Of a stretch of DNA of 32,000 bases, positions 18,393 to 28,487 are shown piece after piece. The position numbers and the translations under genes are program-made. A model generated the notes under the pieces. The model had not been told where the DNA came from. It saw nothing but the letters and a program-made list of their open reading frames with translations, and did not search any database. Location: positions 1,470,001-1,502,000 of the forward strand of contig NZ_CP065936.1 of assembly GCF_003367075.2 (NCBI RefSeq), in the 5' to 3' direction. Each line of letters starts with the position of its first letter. Within the stretch, counting starts at the first letter, position 1. This DNA is from Cylindrospermopsis raciborskii Cr2010 (GTDB lineage: Bacteria; Cyanobacteriota; Cyanobacteriia; Cyanobacteriales; Nostocaceae).

Positions 18393-19499
18393 TTATCTTG
18401 CAGACTGGATTCTATCAAATATGGCACCATCGTCAAAGAATTTTTTCTGCACTGCATCCCAACCACCTAAATTGGACACTGTATAAAGCTTAACAATTTT
18501 GGGAAATTTACTGGCTACCTCTTTGGCTACTGTGGAATTAACTGGTCTAAATCCAACTTTGGCAAATTCCCTTTGTGCTTGTGGCGTAAATAAAAATTCC
18601 ACAAATGCTTCCGAAACTTCACGAGTACCTCGTTTATCCACAATTTTATCCACTACGGTTACAGGACCCTCTATAGAAATATTCGTTGGTGGCACTGCGT
18701 AGGTTGTATCTGCTTTACCCTGTTGTGCTGCTAAAATTAGTTCGTTCTCATAATTCAGTAGTACATCTCCCTGATTCTTTTTATAAAATGCGTCACTTGC
18801 TTCTCTAGCATCTTTGGGTAACACTACTACATTTTTGAACACCTTCTGCACAAAGTCTAGGGCTTGTTTTTCATTACCTCCATTTCGAGTCACTGACCCC
18901 CATAAAGCTAAAAAGTTCCATCTTGCCCCTCCTGATGTTTTGGGATTAGCTGTGACTATTTTTACTCCTGGTTTAGTTAAATCTTTCCAAGTATTAATAC
19001 CTTTAGGATTTCCTGCTCGTGTTTCTATGGCTACAACTGACCGAGTAACTATAGAGTTATTAGGTGCTTCCTTTTCCCACCCTGGGTTAATCAAACCTGC
19101 TTTTTCTATTCTCTTAGTGTCCAGTGCTAGTGCTAATCCTACTACGTCTGCTTGTAATCCATCAATCACCGCACGAGTTTGAGTACCGGAACCACCATAA
19201 CTTTCTTTGATGATTACATCTTGACCTTTTTCCCTTTTCCACTTGGCTACGAACTCGGGAATAATTTTACTGTAAGCAGCTTTTGTAACTGCATAAGTTA
19301 CAAGAGTAATCTCTACGGTCTTGGGTTTCTGACTAATTAACTTGTTTTGATTTGCACTTCCCGCCAATACGGGTAATACGGTGCTAACACCTAAAATAAC
19401 CGCCAACACTGTATTGGTAGTTTTTAAAAACGCTACATTTTTGATAGACATGGTAACTTTTCCTCTGATTGTTGTAATCCACTGTAAGTTGATAGGCAA
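18393..19499 (-). CDS. sbpA: Sulfate ABC transporter substrate-binding protein (likely start 19451)
   Basis: 'VEITLVTYAVTKAAYSKIIPEFVAKWKREKGQDVIIKESYGGSGTQTRAVIDGLQADVVGLALALD', 'VTANPKTSGGARWNFLALWG', 'GFRPVNSTVAK'. Confidence 0.93.
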   Translation of the reverse strand: MPINLQWITTIRGKVTMSIKNVAFLKTTNTVLAVILGVSTVLPVLAGSANQNKLISQKPKTVEITLVTYAVTKAAYSKIIPEFVAKWKREKGQDVIIKESYGGSGTQTRAVIDGLQADVVGLALALDTKRIEKAGLINPGWEKEAPNNSIVTRSVVAIETRAGNPKGINTWKDLTKPGVKIVTANPKTSGGARWNFLALWGSVTRNGGNEKQALDFVQKVFKNVVVLPKDAREASDAFYKKNQGDVLLNYENELILAAQQGKADTTYAVPPTNISIEGPVTVVDKIVDKRGTREVSEAFVEFLFTPQAQREFAKVGFRPVNSTVAKEVASKFPKIVKLYTVSNLGGWDAVQKKFFDDGAIFDRIQSAR

Positions 19500-19766
19500 T
19501 TTGTAATTAGCCTACTGATTGGACTCTATCAAACCGCTCACTCAAAATCAATAGTTAAAAGACTAAATATCTACCGTATAATCGGTGTATTTAATTAAAT
19601 CATAGATTATAGCTTTATTATAAGTAATACTTATCTAATAATTTTCTAATAATTTTTTTGATCTAGTGGGCAACTTTTGTCCCTAACCTGCTAGAATCAC
19701 CTCATTGTCTATCGTCAAAGTCAGGTTTTCTTTCCCATATTTTTAAAATTACCAAGGAGAACACAA

Positions 19767-20843
19767 ATGGGTTGGGGTTGTAGATTACCCGTAAGCATAC
19801 TGCGCGTAAAACCGACCAAGAGTTTTATTTCACCTTGCTTAATAGGTATATTTTTAGGTGTGGTGGTTAGTGGTTGTGGAGATAGGGGAACTAATTCCTC
19901 TAGTAAGAAAGAGGTGGAAATCACTTTAGTGTCCTTCGCCGTGACAAAGACCGCCCATGAAGCGATTATTCCTAAATTTGTGGAAAAATGGCAACAAGAG
20001 CATGGGCAAAAAGTGATATTCAAACAAAGCTATGGGGGTTCTGGTTCACAAACTCGTGCGGTAATTGATGGTTTACCCGCTGATGTTGTGCACCTAGCTT
20101 TGGGCTTGGACACTAAAAAGATTGAAAAAGCAGGTTTAATTCAACCAGGTTGGGAAAAAGAAGCTCCGAATAATGCTATAGTTTCCCAGTCTGTAGCTGC
20201 TTTGGTAACCCGCCCAGGCAATCCTAAAAATATTAATACCTGGGCTGATTTATCAAGGGATGATGTAAAACTAATTACTGCTGATCCTAAAACATCCGGG
20301 GTAGCACGTTGGAACTTTCTGACTTTGTGGAACTCAGTGATTAGGATTGGTGGTGATGAAGCCAAGGCTAAGGAATTTGTGAGCCAAGCATATAAAAATG
20401 TTCCCATTTTAACAAAGGACGCAAGGGAAGCGACGGATGCCTTCTTTAAACAGGGTCAAGGGGATGCTTTGATTAACTATGAAAATGAGATATTTTTAGC
20501 GCAGGAAAATGGAATGAAGGTTAATTACACAATTCCTGACGTGAATATTTCCATTGATAATCCCATTGCGATTGTAGATAGGAATGTTGATAAACATAAC
20601 AATAGGGAAGTAGTGGAGGCTTTTGTTCAGTTCTTATTTACTCCCCAAGCTCAAGAGGAATTTGCCAAAGTTGGTTTTCGTCCAGTAAATACTACCGTAG
20701 CAAAAAGTAAAACCTTTGTAGATAAGTATCCTCCCGTTAAGACTTTGAGTACAGTGAAAGATTTAGGCGGTTGGGGAGCCGTGCAGAAAAAGTTTTTTGA
20801 TGATGGAGCCTTATTTGACCAGATTCAAGCCCGGGGCAAATAG
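19767..20843 (+). CDS. sbpA: Sulfate ABC transporter substrate-binding protein (lipoprotein-like), paralog of the divergent upstream gene
   Basis: 'GVVVSGCGDRGTNSSS' lipobox, 'VEITLVSFAVTKTAHEAIIPKFVEKWQQEHGQKVIFKQSYGGSGSQTRAVIDGLPADVV'. Confidence 0.93.
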   Translation: MGWGCRLPVSILRVKPTKSFISPCLIGIFLGVVVSGCGDRGTNSSSKKEVEITLVSFAVTKTAHEAIIPKFVEKWQQEHGQKVIFKQSYGGSGSQTRAVIDGLPADVVHLALGLDTKKIEKAGLIQPGWEKEAPNNAIVSQSVAALVTRPGNPKNINTWADLSRDDVKLITADPKTSGVARWNFLTLWNSVIRIGGDEAKAKEFVSQAYKNVPILTKDAREATDAFFKQGQGDALINYENEIFLAQENGMKVNYTIPDVNISIDNPIAIVDRNVDKHNNREVVEAFVQFLFTPQAQEEFAKVGFRPVNTTVAKSKTFVDKYPPVKTLSTVKDLGGWGAVQKKFFDDGALFDQIQARGK

Positions 20844-20868
20844 TTGAATCAATTATGAATTTAGAATT

Positions 20869-21744
20869 ATGACCTTATCCACACCCACAGATGTGAGCAA
20901 CTCCAACAGACCAGGTTTTGCCAGAACATTGTTAAATAGCGCGACTCGTTTATCTTGGACATGGCGAATTACTATTTTTTACCTGTTGGTCATGTTATTT
21001 TTACCCGTTTTGGCTATGTTTCTCAAAGCTGGTACGGAACCACCAACAAAGTTTTGGCAAATTGCTACCAGTGAAATAGCTTTAGCCACTTATAATGTGA
21101 CTTTTATTACTTCCCTTTTGGCGGCGGCGGTTAATGGGGTGTTTGGAACCCTAGTGGCCTGGGTTCTGGTCAGGTATGATTTTCCCTTAAAACGAATTGT
21201 GGATGCCACCGTAGATTTACCATTTGCCTTACCCACTTCAGTAGCCGGTTTAACCTTAGCGACTGTTTACAGTGATAATGGTTGGTTAGGCTCTCTATTG
21301 GCACCTTGGGGAATTAAAGTTTCTTTTACTCGGTTAGGTGTAGGTGTAGCAATGGTATTTATATCCTTGCCTTTTGTGGTGCGAACTGTACAACCTGTAT
21401 TGCAAGAAATGGAAAAGGATGTGGAAGAAGCTGCGTGGAGTTTGGGCGCTTCCCCATGGCAGACATTTATGAAAGTGATTTTGCCACCCCTATTACCGAC
21501 AATTTTAACCGGAGTGGCTTTAGGTTTTTCCCGTGCTGTGGGTGAATATGGCTCCACAGTGATTATTTCTTCTAACACACCATTTCAAGACTTAATTGCA
21601 CCAGTATTGATTTTCCAAAGATTGGAACAATACGATTATTCGGGTGCAACAGTAATAGGGGTGGTCTTACTGCTGATTTCCCTGGTTTTATTGGTGGCAA
21701 TTAATTTATTACAGGCTTGGGCAAGAAGATATGACAACAAATAA
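20869..21744 (+). CDS. cysT: Sulfate ABC transporter permease CysT (CysU)
   Basis: '[62 protein letters not shown]', '[49 protein letters not shown]'. Confidence 0.95.
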   Translation: MTLSTPTDVSNSNRPGFARTLLNSATRLSWTWRITIFYLLVMLFLPVLAMFLKAGTEPPTKFWQIATSEIALATYNVTFITSLLAAAVNGVFGTLVAWVLVRYDFPLKRIVDATVDLPFALPTSVAGLTLATVYSDNGWLGSLLAPWGIKVSFTRLGVGVAMVFISLPFVVRTVQPVLQEMEKDVEEAAWSLGASPWQTFMKVILPPLLPTILTGVALGFSRAVGEYGSTVIISSNTPFQDLIAPVLIFQRLEQYDYSGATVIGVVLLLISLVLLVAINLLQAWARRYDNK

Positions 21745-22588
21745 ATCACGACAAAAATCACAATATCAAAAACAGCAAAGTTGGGTACCATCTGTTTTAA
21801 TTGCCATAGCAGTTGGTTATTTATTTCTGGTACAGTATATTCCAGCTATTAATGTTTTTGTTCAAGCCTTTATTAAAGGTGTTGAACCTTTCTGGAATAA
21901 CTTAACCAAAACAGACTTTCTTCATGCGGCCTGGTTAACTCTCTTATTAGCAGTAATTTCCGTACCTATTAACGCTGTATTTGGTCTATGTGCAGCCTGG
22001 GCGATCGCACGGCATAAATTTCCTGGGCGTGCAATAGTTTTAAGTATTATTGACCTTCCCTTTTCCATTTCCCCCGTAGTAGCGGGTCTAATGATTGTTC
22101 TGCTATACGGGAGACAGGGATGGTTTGGAGGTTGGTTGCAATCCCATGATATTCAAATTATCTTTGCCTTTCCTGGGATGGTTCTAGCGACTTGTTTTGT
22201 CAGTATGCCATTTGTTGCTAGAGAAGTGATTCCAGTATTGGAGGAGTTTGGTAAAGATCAGGAAGAAGCAGCAAAAACCCTAGGAGCTAATGAGTGGCAA
22301 ACATTTTGGCGTGTTACACTACCCAGCATTCGTTGGGGTTTACTTTATGGTTTAATCTTAACTAATGCCAGATCCATGGGGGAATTTGGGGCGGTTTCTG
22401 TAGTATCTGGAAACATCGCTAATACTACCCAAAGTTTACCTTTATTTGTAGAGGATGCCTATAAACAATATGAAACGGAGGCGGCTTTTTCTGCAGCAGT
22501 TTTGTTAGCACTTTTGGCAGTGGTCACCTTGGTGTTAAAAGAGATTTTAGAGCGCAAAACTCGTATTAAGGATGATGGGGAAAACTAG
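21731..22588 (+). CDS. cysW: Sulfate ABC transporter permease CysW
   Basis: '[50 protein letters not shown]', '[50 protein letters not shown]'; overlaps the cysT stop. Confidence 0.95.
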   Translation: MTTNKSRQKSQYQKQQSWVPSVLIAIAVGYLFLVQYIPAINVFVQAFIKGVEPFWNNLTKTDFLHAAWLTLLLAVISVPINAVFGLCAAWAIARHKFPGRAIVLSIIDLPFSISPVVAGLMIVLLYGRQGWFGGWLQSHDIQIIFAFPGMVLATCFVSMPFVAREVIPVLEEFGKDQEEAAKTLGANEWQTFWRVTLPSIRWGLLYGLILTNARSMGEFGAVSVVSGNIANTTQSLPLFVEDAYKQYETEAAFSAAVLLALLAVVTLVLKEILERKTRIKDDGEN

Positions 22589-22680
22589 AAAACTAATTGT
22601 GGGATAGGCGTTCTTTCCCACCTTCACCTGGTTGACGGCTATAATTGACCAAATAACAGCAAATATATAGGCATGAAACC

Positions 22681-25572
22681 GTGACCGAAACTGGAAAGTA
22701 CAAGGATACCGTTAATCTCCCCCAAACTGATTTTGATATGCGGGCAAACGCAATAAAACGCGAGCCAGAAATCCAAACATTTTGGGCGGAAAATAACATT
22801 TACTCGCGCCTGGCTCAAGAAAACCCGGGCGAACTATTTATACTTCATGATGGACCTCCCTATGCCAATGGCTCATTGCATATTGGTCACGCTTTAAACA
22901 AGATTCTCAAAGATATTATTAACCGTTACCAATTACTGCAAGGTCGTAAAGTTAGATACGTGGCTGGGTGGGATTGTCACGGACTGCCAATTGAATTGAA
23001 AGTCCTGCAAGCTATGAAGTCCCCAGAACGGCAAAATCTCACTCCCTTACAGTTACGTCAAAAAGCAAAAGATTTTGCTTTAGTAGCAGTTAGGGAACAA
23101 CTAAATAGTTTTAAACGTTATGGGATATGGAGTGATTGGGATCATCCCTATTTAACCCTACAGCCAGAGTATGAAGCCGCCCAAATTGGTGTATTTGGCA
23201 GAATGTACTTAAAAGGATATATCTACCGAGGTCTCAAGCCTGTGCATTGGAGTCCCAGTTCTAAAACCGCTTTAGCAGAAGCTGAATTAGAATATCCAGA
23301 AGGACACGTTTCTAGGAGTATTTACACCGTTTTTCCAGTAATTAAGGTTTCGGAAAAGCTGAAATCAGTTTTGGCACCTTTTATGCCCGATTTGGCACTG
23401 GCTGTGTGGACAACTACTCCCTGGACCATACCTGGCAATTTAGCCATCGCAGTTAATGGGTCATTAAATTATGCGGTGGTGGAGGTTTTACCTAATGAAA
23501 CTTCCCTTTTCCACCACAAATATCTGATTGTGGCCACTGATTTAGTTCCCCGCTTGACCACCATTCTCAATGTGGATTTGAGAGTGCAGGTGAGTTTTGC
23601 AGGTGAGGATTTAGAACATACTATCTACCGTCATCCCCTATTTGACCGGGAAAGTCCTGTGCTTATTGGTGGTGATTATATTACTACCGATTCCGGTACG
23701 GGTCTGGTACATACAGCTCCCGGTCATGGTCAAGAAGATTACATTGTCGGACAGCGTTATGGCTTACCAATCCTCGCTCCCGTAGATGAAAATGGTAATT
23801 TTACTCAGGATGCTGGTAAATTTGCTGGCTTGAATGTTCTAGGGGAAGGTAACCAAGCAATTATTGATGCTCTTGCACAAGCAGGTTCTTTACTAAAAGA
23901 AGAGGCTTATCAACATAAATATCCCTATGACTGGCGTACTAATAAACCAACTATCTTCCGAGCTACAGAACAGTGGTTTGCTTCAGTTCATGGCTTTAGA
24001 GAGGATGCTTTAAAGGCGATCGCCTCAGTAAGGTGGATTCCTCCCCAAGGGGAAAACCGTATTACCCCCATGGTAGCAGAGCGATCGGATTGGTGTATTT
24101 CTCGTCAACGGGCTTGGGGTCTTCCTATTCCCGTATTCTACGACCAAGAAACGGGGGAGGTATTGCTAAACGAGGACACCATTAATCACGTTCAAGCTAT
24201 TATTGCCCAGCGAGGTTCTGATGCTTGGTGGGAACTAGAAATTGCAGAACTCTTACCAGAACCCTACCGTAGTAATGGGCATAAATATCGTCGAGGTATG
24301 GATACTATGGATGTGTGGTTTGACTCTGGTTCTTCTTGGGCAGCTGTAGCTAATCAGCGACAGGAACTAACCTATCCCGTTGATATGTATTTAGAAGGTT
24401 CAGATCAACATCGAGGGTGGTTCCAGTCTTCCCTATTAACCAGCGTAGCAGTAAATGGCATTGCTCCCTATAAAACCGTATTGACCCATGGATTTGTCCT
24501 TGATGAACAAGGAAGAAAAATGAGTAAGTCAATTGGTAATGTGGTAGATCCACAAATTATCATTAATGGTGGTAAGGATCAGAAAAAAGACCCCGCCTAC
24601 GGTGCAGATGTGTTGCGATTATGGGTTTCCTCCGTTGATTATTCCGGGGATGTCCGTTTAGGGGGTAATATCATTAAGCAACTAGCTGATATCAGGAATA
24701 AAATCCGTAATACGGCAAGATTTTTATTGGGTAGTCTACATGACTTTGACCCGGAAAAAAATGCGGTTTCTCTGGAAAAATTGCCGGAATTGGATCGGTA
24801 CATGTTGAATCGTATATACGAGGTGTTTAGTGAAGTAACAGCAGCCTTTGAAACCTTTCAATTTTTCCGATTTTTCCAAACAGTTCAGAATTTTTGCGTT
24901 GTAGACCTGTCTAACTTTTATTTGGATATTGCCAAGGATAGATTATATATTAGCGCAGCTGATAGTTTTAGAAGGCGCAGTTGTCAAACAATCCTACATA
25001 TAGCCCTGGAAAACCTAGTCAGGGCGATCGCTCCAGTGTTGTGTCATACTGCGGAAGACATTTGGCAATTTATTCCCTATTCCAGAAGTGAGAAATCAGT
25101 GTTTCAAGCTGGGTGGGTAAAGGTTGATCCCCAGTGGAAAAATCCTGAATTGGAAAATAAATGGCATACTTTGAGGATGCTGCGCACGGATGTTAATAAG
25201 GTCTTGGAACAGGTGCGGATGGAAAAAAGGATTGGTTCCTCCTTAGAGGCCAAAATATTAGTTCACCTTACCAATTCGCATTCACCCCTATCTCAAACCA
25301 TCAAAGACTTCCATTTCAACCCGGATAGGGAGAATGGAGTGGATGAACTGAGATACCTGCTCATAGTATCACAAGTAGAAATCCCAGAGGATTTAACCCA
25401 ACTCTCCCAATTGCAATATACAACAACTACAGAAAATTGGACCATAGGGGTGGTAAATGCGGAGGGAGAGAAATGCGATAGGTGTTGGAATTATTCCACT
25501 CATCTGGGAGAGTCCTCAGACCATCCCCTGTTGTGTGAGAGATGTGTTTTGTCCCTAGCGGGTGAGTTTTAG
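22681..25572 (+). CDS. ileS: Isoleucine--tRNA ligase (GTG start)
   Basis: 'ILHDGPPYANGSLHIGHALNKILKDIINRYQLLQGRKVRYVAGWDCHGLPIELKV', 'GRKMSKSIGNVVDP', C-terminal Zn motif 'CDRCW...CERC'. Confidence 0.98.
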   Translation: MTETGKYKDTVNLPQTDFDMRANAIKREPEIQTFWAENNIYSRLAQENPGELFILHDGPPYANGSLHIGHALNKILKDIINRYQLLQGRKVRYVAGWDCHGLPIELKVLQAMKSPERQNLTPLQLRQKAKDFALVAVREQLNSFKRYGIWSDWDHPYLTLQPEYEAAQIGVFGRMYLKGYIYRGLKPVHWSPSSKTALAEAELEYPEGHVSRSIYTVFPVIKVSEKLKSVLAPFMPDLALAVWTTTPWTIPGNLAIAVNGSLNYAVVEVLPNETSLFHHKYLIVATDLVPRLTTILNVDLRVQVSFAGEDLEHTIYRHPLFDRESPVLIGGDYITTDSGTGLVHTAPGHGQEDYIVGQRYGLPILAPVDENGNFTQDAGKFAGLNVLGEGNQAIIDALAQAGSLLKEEAYQHKYPYDWRTNKPTIFRATEQWFASVHGFREDALKAIASVRWIPPQGENRITPMVAERSDWCISRQRAWGLPIPVFYDQETGEVLLNEDTINHVQAIIAQRGSDAWWELEIAELLPEPYRSNGHKYRRGMDTMDVWFDSGSSWAAVANQRQELTYPVDMYLEGSDQHRGWFQSSLLTSVAVNGIAPYKTVLTHGFVLDEQGRKMSKSIGNVVDPQIIINGGKDQKKDPAYGADVLRLWVSSVDYSGDVRLGGNIIKQLADIRNKIRNTARFLLGSLHDFDPEKNAVSLEKLPELDRYMLNRIYEVFSEVTAAFETFQFFRFFQTVQNFCVVDLSNFYLDIAKDRLYISAADSFRRRSCQTILHIALENLVRAIAPVLCHTAEDIWQFIPYSRSEKSVFQAGWVKVDPQWKNPELENKWHTLRMLRTDVNKVLEQVRMEKRIGSSLEAKILVHLTNSHSPLSQTIKDFHFNPDRENGVDELRYLLIVSQVEIPEDLTQLSQLQYTTTTENWTIGVVNAEGEKCDRCWNYSTHLGESSDHPLLCERCVLSLAGEF

Positions 25573-25590
25573 ACCTGTCTAAGTAGGTGG

Positions 25591-25660
25591 GTGGAATTAA
25601 ATATAAGATGAACGTAGGTTGGGTTGAAGTATGAAACCCAACACCCGCACGGGTTACGCC
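25591..25660. repeat. Dispersed palindromic repeat, same family as inside the 184-bp tandem repeat
   Basis: 'gtggaattaaatataagatgaacgtaggttgggttgaagtatgaaacccaacaccc' is identical to 146-201; internal stem GTTGGGTT...AACCCAAC and a second small hairpin ACCCG-CA-CGGGT. Confidence 0.9.
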
Positions 25661-25731
25661 ACCGCTAATCCATCCTACAAATAATTGTGAAATTGTGCCT
25701 CCCTACTTAATGGAACTAAGCTGAGATTGAG

Positions 25732-27003
25732 CTATTCTTCCTCCTGTTCACGAGGGGGAATAAGCTCAAATTCTTGTTCTAGCAGATCTCTGTCACTACC
25801 ATAAATTACATTTTCTTTGCCAATAACTGTTTCTTGGGCAAAGTTACGGGTGAAGTCTATTTTCTTTTGTAAACTCTCACTAGGATCTGCGAGAACTCTT
25901 ACTCGCTCTAAACGCTCGCGGTTGCGACTGGCAATTTTTTGGTTGCGCGATTGAATCCAAAAATAACGTCCCAAGGGTATCCCCAAAAAGCCAATTCCAT
26001 AACTCAACAGTAACCAATAAATACTTTGCACAAAACCTACTAGTCCCCCCGCTTCTAAGCCAACTGTCTGAGTGAGTAAATTACCTAGCACTAAAGCTCC
26101 TACCAGATTTAGCGCTCCCAAACCGGCACTCATCATAATTTGTCCAGAATTAGCAGCACTAAACTGCCATGGGTTCTCTTCTAAGAATAAATCTACTGGT
26201 TCATCTATTTTTTTGCTGGCTTGTACCTGCAATTCAGGAAAATAATACACAATTTGTCCATCTGGACTTACCTGAGGTTTACCATTGTACCTGACCAAAA
26301 CTGGTAACATATAATCTTCATATTCCTGTTGGTATTTTTCCCCTAAATTATCTAAATAGGGGGCAATTTGTTCAGCAACTACTGCTCCTTGATTATTAGT
26401 AATTACACTGCCAATTTGTTGCCAACGTCTTTCCTCTAATTTGCTGTTAGGATTACCATCACCAAATAAAAAGGAAAATACTGCTTCCAAAAAGTTTAAC
26501 TCCCCATTCCCCCGATTTTCTTTTCTTTCTATTCGTCTTTCTTGACTATAATAATTCGGACTAAAATACCAAAACAAATCTGGAAAAAAGAAGATATCAA
26601 ATCCCCTAAATCCTCCATCCCTATTATCTTCATCCCGATTTGAGCTGCTGGCAGTAATAATGATAATTATAGTTAAAGTGATGATGACAATTGAAGCAAT
26701 CAGTAAAACACCAAAAGAAATCCTAATTATATAAAACAGCACCTGCCAAATCTTTGCCCACCACTCCTGTAAGCGCAATTGCACATACTTGTTTCTTAAA
26801 ATTGTTCTAAAATTCTGTGGAAATTGATAAACAATGTCCCCCGTATCTGCTACTTGTAAATGCCCACCTGCGTCAGCAGCTAAAACTAACATTCCTTCAT
26901 TTGCTTCAGCAAGTCCCAAACCAGATCTAGCAGCTACATCACCTACTGTAACACGGTAGCCGAGCTTTTCTATGGCTCCCATAATAGCGGGATTAGGTAT
27001 CAT
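25732..27003 (-). CDS. Conserved hypothetical membrane protein
   Basis: 423 aa, transmembrane segments ('VLFYIIRISFGVLLIASIVIITLTIIIIITA', 'SIYWLLLSYGIGFLGIPLGRYF'). The N-terminus looks like a small winged-helix/HTH-like segment ('MGAIEKLGYRVTVGDVAARSGLGLAEANEGMLVLAADAGGHLQV'). Confidence 0.8.
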   Translation of the reverse strand: MIPNPAIMGAIEKLGYRVTVGDVAARSGLGLAEANEGMLVLAADAGGHLQVADTGDIVYQFPQNFRTILRNKYVQLRLQEWWAKIWQVLFYIIRISFGVLLIASIVIITLTIIIIITASSSNRDEDNRDGGFRGFDIFFFPDLFWYFSPNYYSQERRIERKENRGNGELNFLEAVFSFLFGDGNPNSKLEERRWQQIGSVITNNQGAVVAEQIAPYLDNLGEKYQQEYEDYMLPVLVRYNGKPQVSPDGQIVYYFPELQVQASKKIDEPVDLFLEENPWQFSAANSGQIMMSAGLGALNLVGALVLGNLLTQTVGLEAGGLVGFVQSIYWLLLSYGIGFLGIPLGRYFWIQSRNQKIASRNRERLERVRVLADPSESLQKKIDFTRNFAQETVIGKENVIYGSDRDLLEQEFELIPPREQEEE

Positions 27004-27087
27004 TCTCCCCTCCTATTGTATTCCATGAAGCAGGTTGTTTTTTTTGACTTCATGGTAGTGATTATAGCATTTTTGGGAAGCTAAAAA

Positions 27088-27159
27088 CTGGGGCGCTAGG
27101 ATTCGAACCTAGGGATGGCGGGACCAAAACCCGCTGCCTTACCGCTTGGCTACGCCCCA
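27088..27159 (-). tRNA. tRNA-Gln (anticodon UUG)
   Basis: Reverse complement TGGGGCGTAGCCAAGCGGTAAGGCAGCGGGTTTTGGTCCCGCCATCCCTAGGTTCGAATCCTAGCGCCCCAG folds as a cloverleaf: acceptor TGGGGCG/CGCCCCA, anticodon stem GCGGG/CCCGC with loop TTTTGGT, T-loop GGTTCGAATCC. CCA is not encoded. Confidence 0.96.
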
Positions 27160-27312
27160 TTGATTTCACTTCACTACTATAGCAGTTACCCCTAGGATGG
27201 TGTCAAGTATTTTTTTAAAAAATTTTTTCTGTCAACATCTAAGGTCACCTTGTTGGTCAGGGAGTATGTCAAGATAGTGATAGACTCGCTTGATTTATTT
27301 TATGATGAGATT

Positions 27313-28470
27313 ATGAGCCAAGAGGAATCTTCTACTGCAAAACTGACGGATGACGGGTGGGAGGAACCAACTACTCCTGTAACCCCACCGCCGACGGAAA
27401 TTTTATCGCCAATTGAATCTTATGTCAGTCAGGTGGTGGAATCAGATCCCCATCTCAATTCTTTGTATACGGTTACAGCAGAACAGGTAGCTGATTTACA
27501 ATCTACTCAAGCTGCACTAAAAACGGAAATCTCCCAACTACAAGTAACTTATATTGCGCTTCAAAGTCAAGTATCGGAGACCCAAACCAATCTTTCTAGA
27601 ATAGTGCAGGAGTCATTATCTCTTTTAGAACAACGTAAACAAAATCTACAAATATCCGTGGAGCAATTAGAACGGAGACAAGAACGCATTAAAAATGAAA
27701 TGCGCACAAGTTTTGCAGGAACTTCCCAGGATCTGGCAATTCGGGTACAGGGTTTTAAGGACTACCTCACAGGGAGTTTACAGGACTTGGTGACCGCAGC
27801 GGAGCAATTACCTCTTGTTCCCATTCCAGAAAAACTTAAATCGGTAACTACGGAAGTTAAGCAGGATTTTGCCAAAGAAGTTAAATCTAATGTAAGCCAG
27901 TCTGTTAGTGTACAGTTCGCTCAACAACAGTTTCAGGAAACAACCAAGCAGATTCAGCGACTATTAGAACAGTATCGCAATCAACCAGACTATTATGGTC
28001 CTCCATGGCAACTAAGACGCACTTTTGAACCCGTCCATGTAGAACGAGTTTCTAAATGGTTTTTTACTCTGGGTGGACGTGGTGCTTTACAAACCATGAG
28101 TAGTCGTCTGCAAAATGTTTTGATTTCTTCCGCAGCAGTATCAATTCTACACAAACTATATGGCGATCGCCTGCGTACACTAATTTTAGCGAATAGTCCT
28201 GAAAGGTTAGGGGAATGGCGCAGGGGTTTACAAGATTGTTTGGGTATTGGTCGTTCTGATTTTGGTCCGGACAGAGGTGTGGTATTATTTGAAGCAGCTA
28301 CCGCTTTAGCCCAAAAGGCGGATAGACTAATTAAGTCTAATCAAATGCCTTTGATTATCATTGATGATTCTGAAGAGCAGGTTAGTTTAGGACTATTGCA
28401 ATTTCCTTTGTGGTTAGCTTTTGCGCCTGATCCTAAAATGATGCGAGATAGATATGATGAAGATTTCTAA
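27313..28470 (+). CDS. DUF3086 domain-containing protein (ORF track start 27250; likely start at Met 27313)
   Basis: Cyanobacterial coiled-coil protein with a conserved C-terminal region ('YYGPPWQLRRTFEPVHVERVSKWFFTLGGRGALQTMSSRLQNVLISSAAVSILHKLYGDRLRTLILANSPERLGEWRRGLQDCLGIGRSDFGPDRGVVLFE'). Confidence 0.8.
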   Translation: MSQEESSTAKLTDDGWEEPTTPVTPPPTEILSPIESYVSQVVESDPHLNSLYTVTAEQVADLQSTQAALKTEISQLQVTYIALQSQVSETQTNLSRIVQESLSLLEQRKQNLQISVEQLERRQERIKNEMRTSFAGTSQDLAIRVQGFKDYLTGSLQDLVTAAEQLPLVPIPEKLKSVTTEVKQDFAKEVKSNVSQSVSVQFAQQQFQETTKQIQRLLEQYRNQPDYYGPPWQLRRTFEPVHVERVSKWFFTLGGRGALQTMSSRLQNVLISSAAVSILHKLYGDRLRTLILANSPERLGEWRRGLQDCLGIGRSDFGPDRGVVLFEAATALAQKADRLIKSNQMPLIIIDDSEEQVSLGLLQFPLWLAFAPDPKMMRDRYDEDF

Positions 28471-28487
28471 TAACTAGGTTGTAAATT

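Noticed and set aside
18499-20407. Antisense ORFs over the sulfate-binding protein genes
   Set aside because: Fully contained opposite well-supported CDSs; coding-shadow ORFs.
22593-22799. Minus-strand ORF overlapping the ileS start
   Set aside because: No protein-like signature and overlaps the strongly supported ileS N-terminus.
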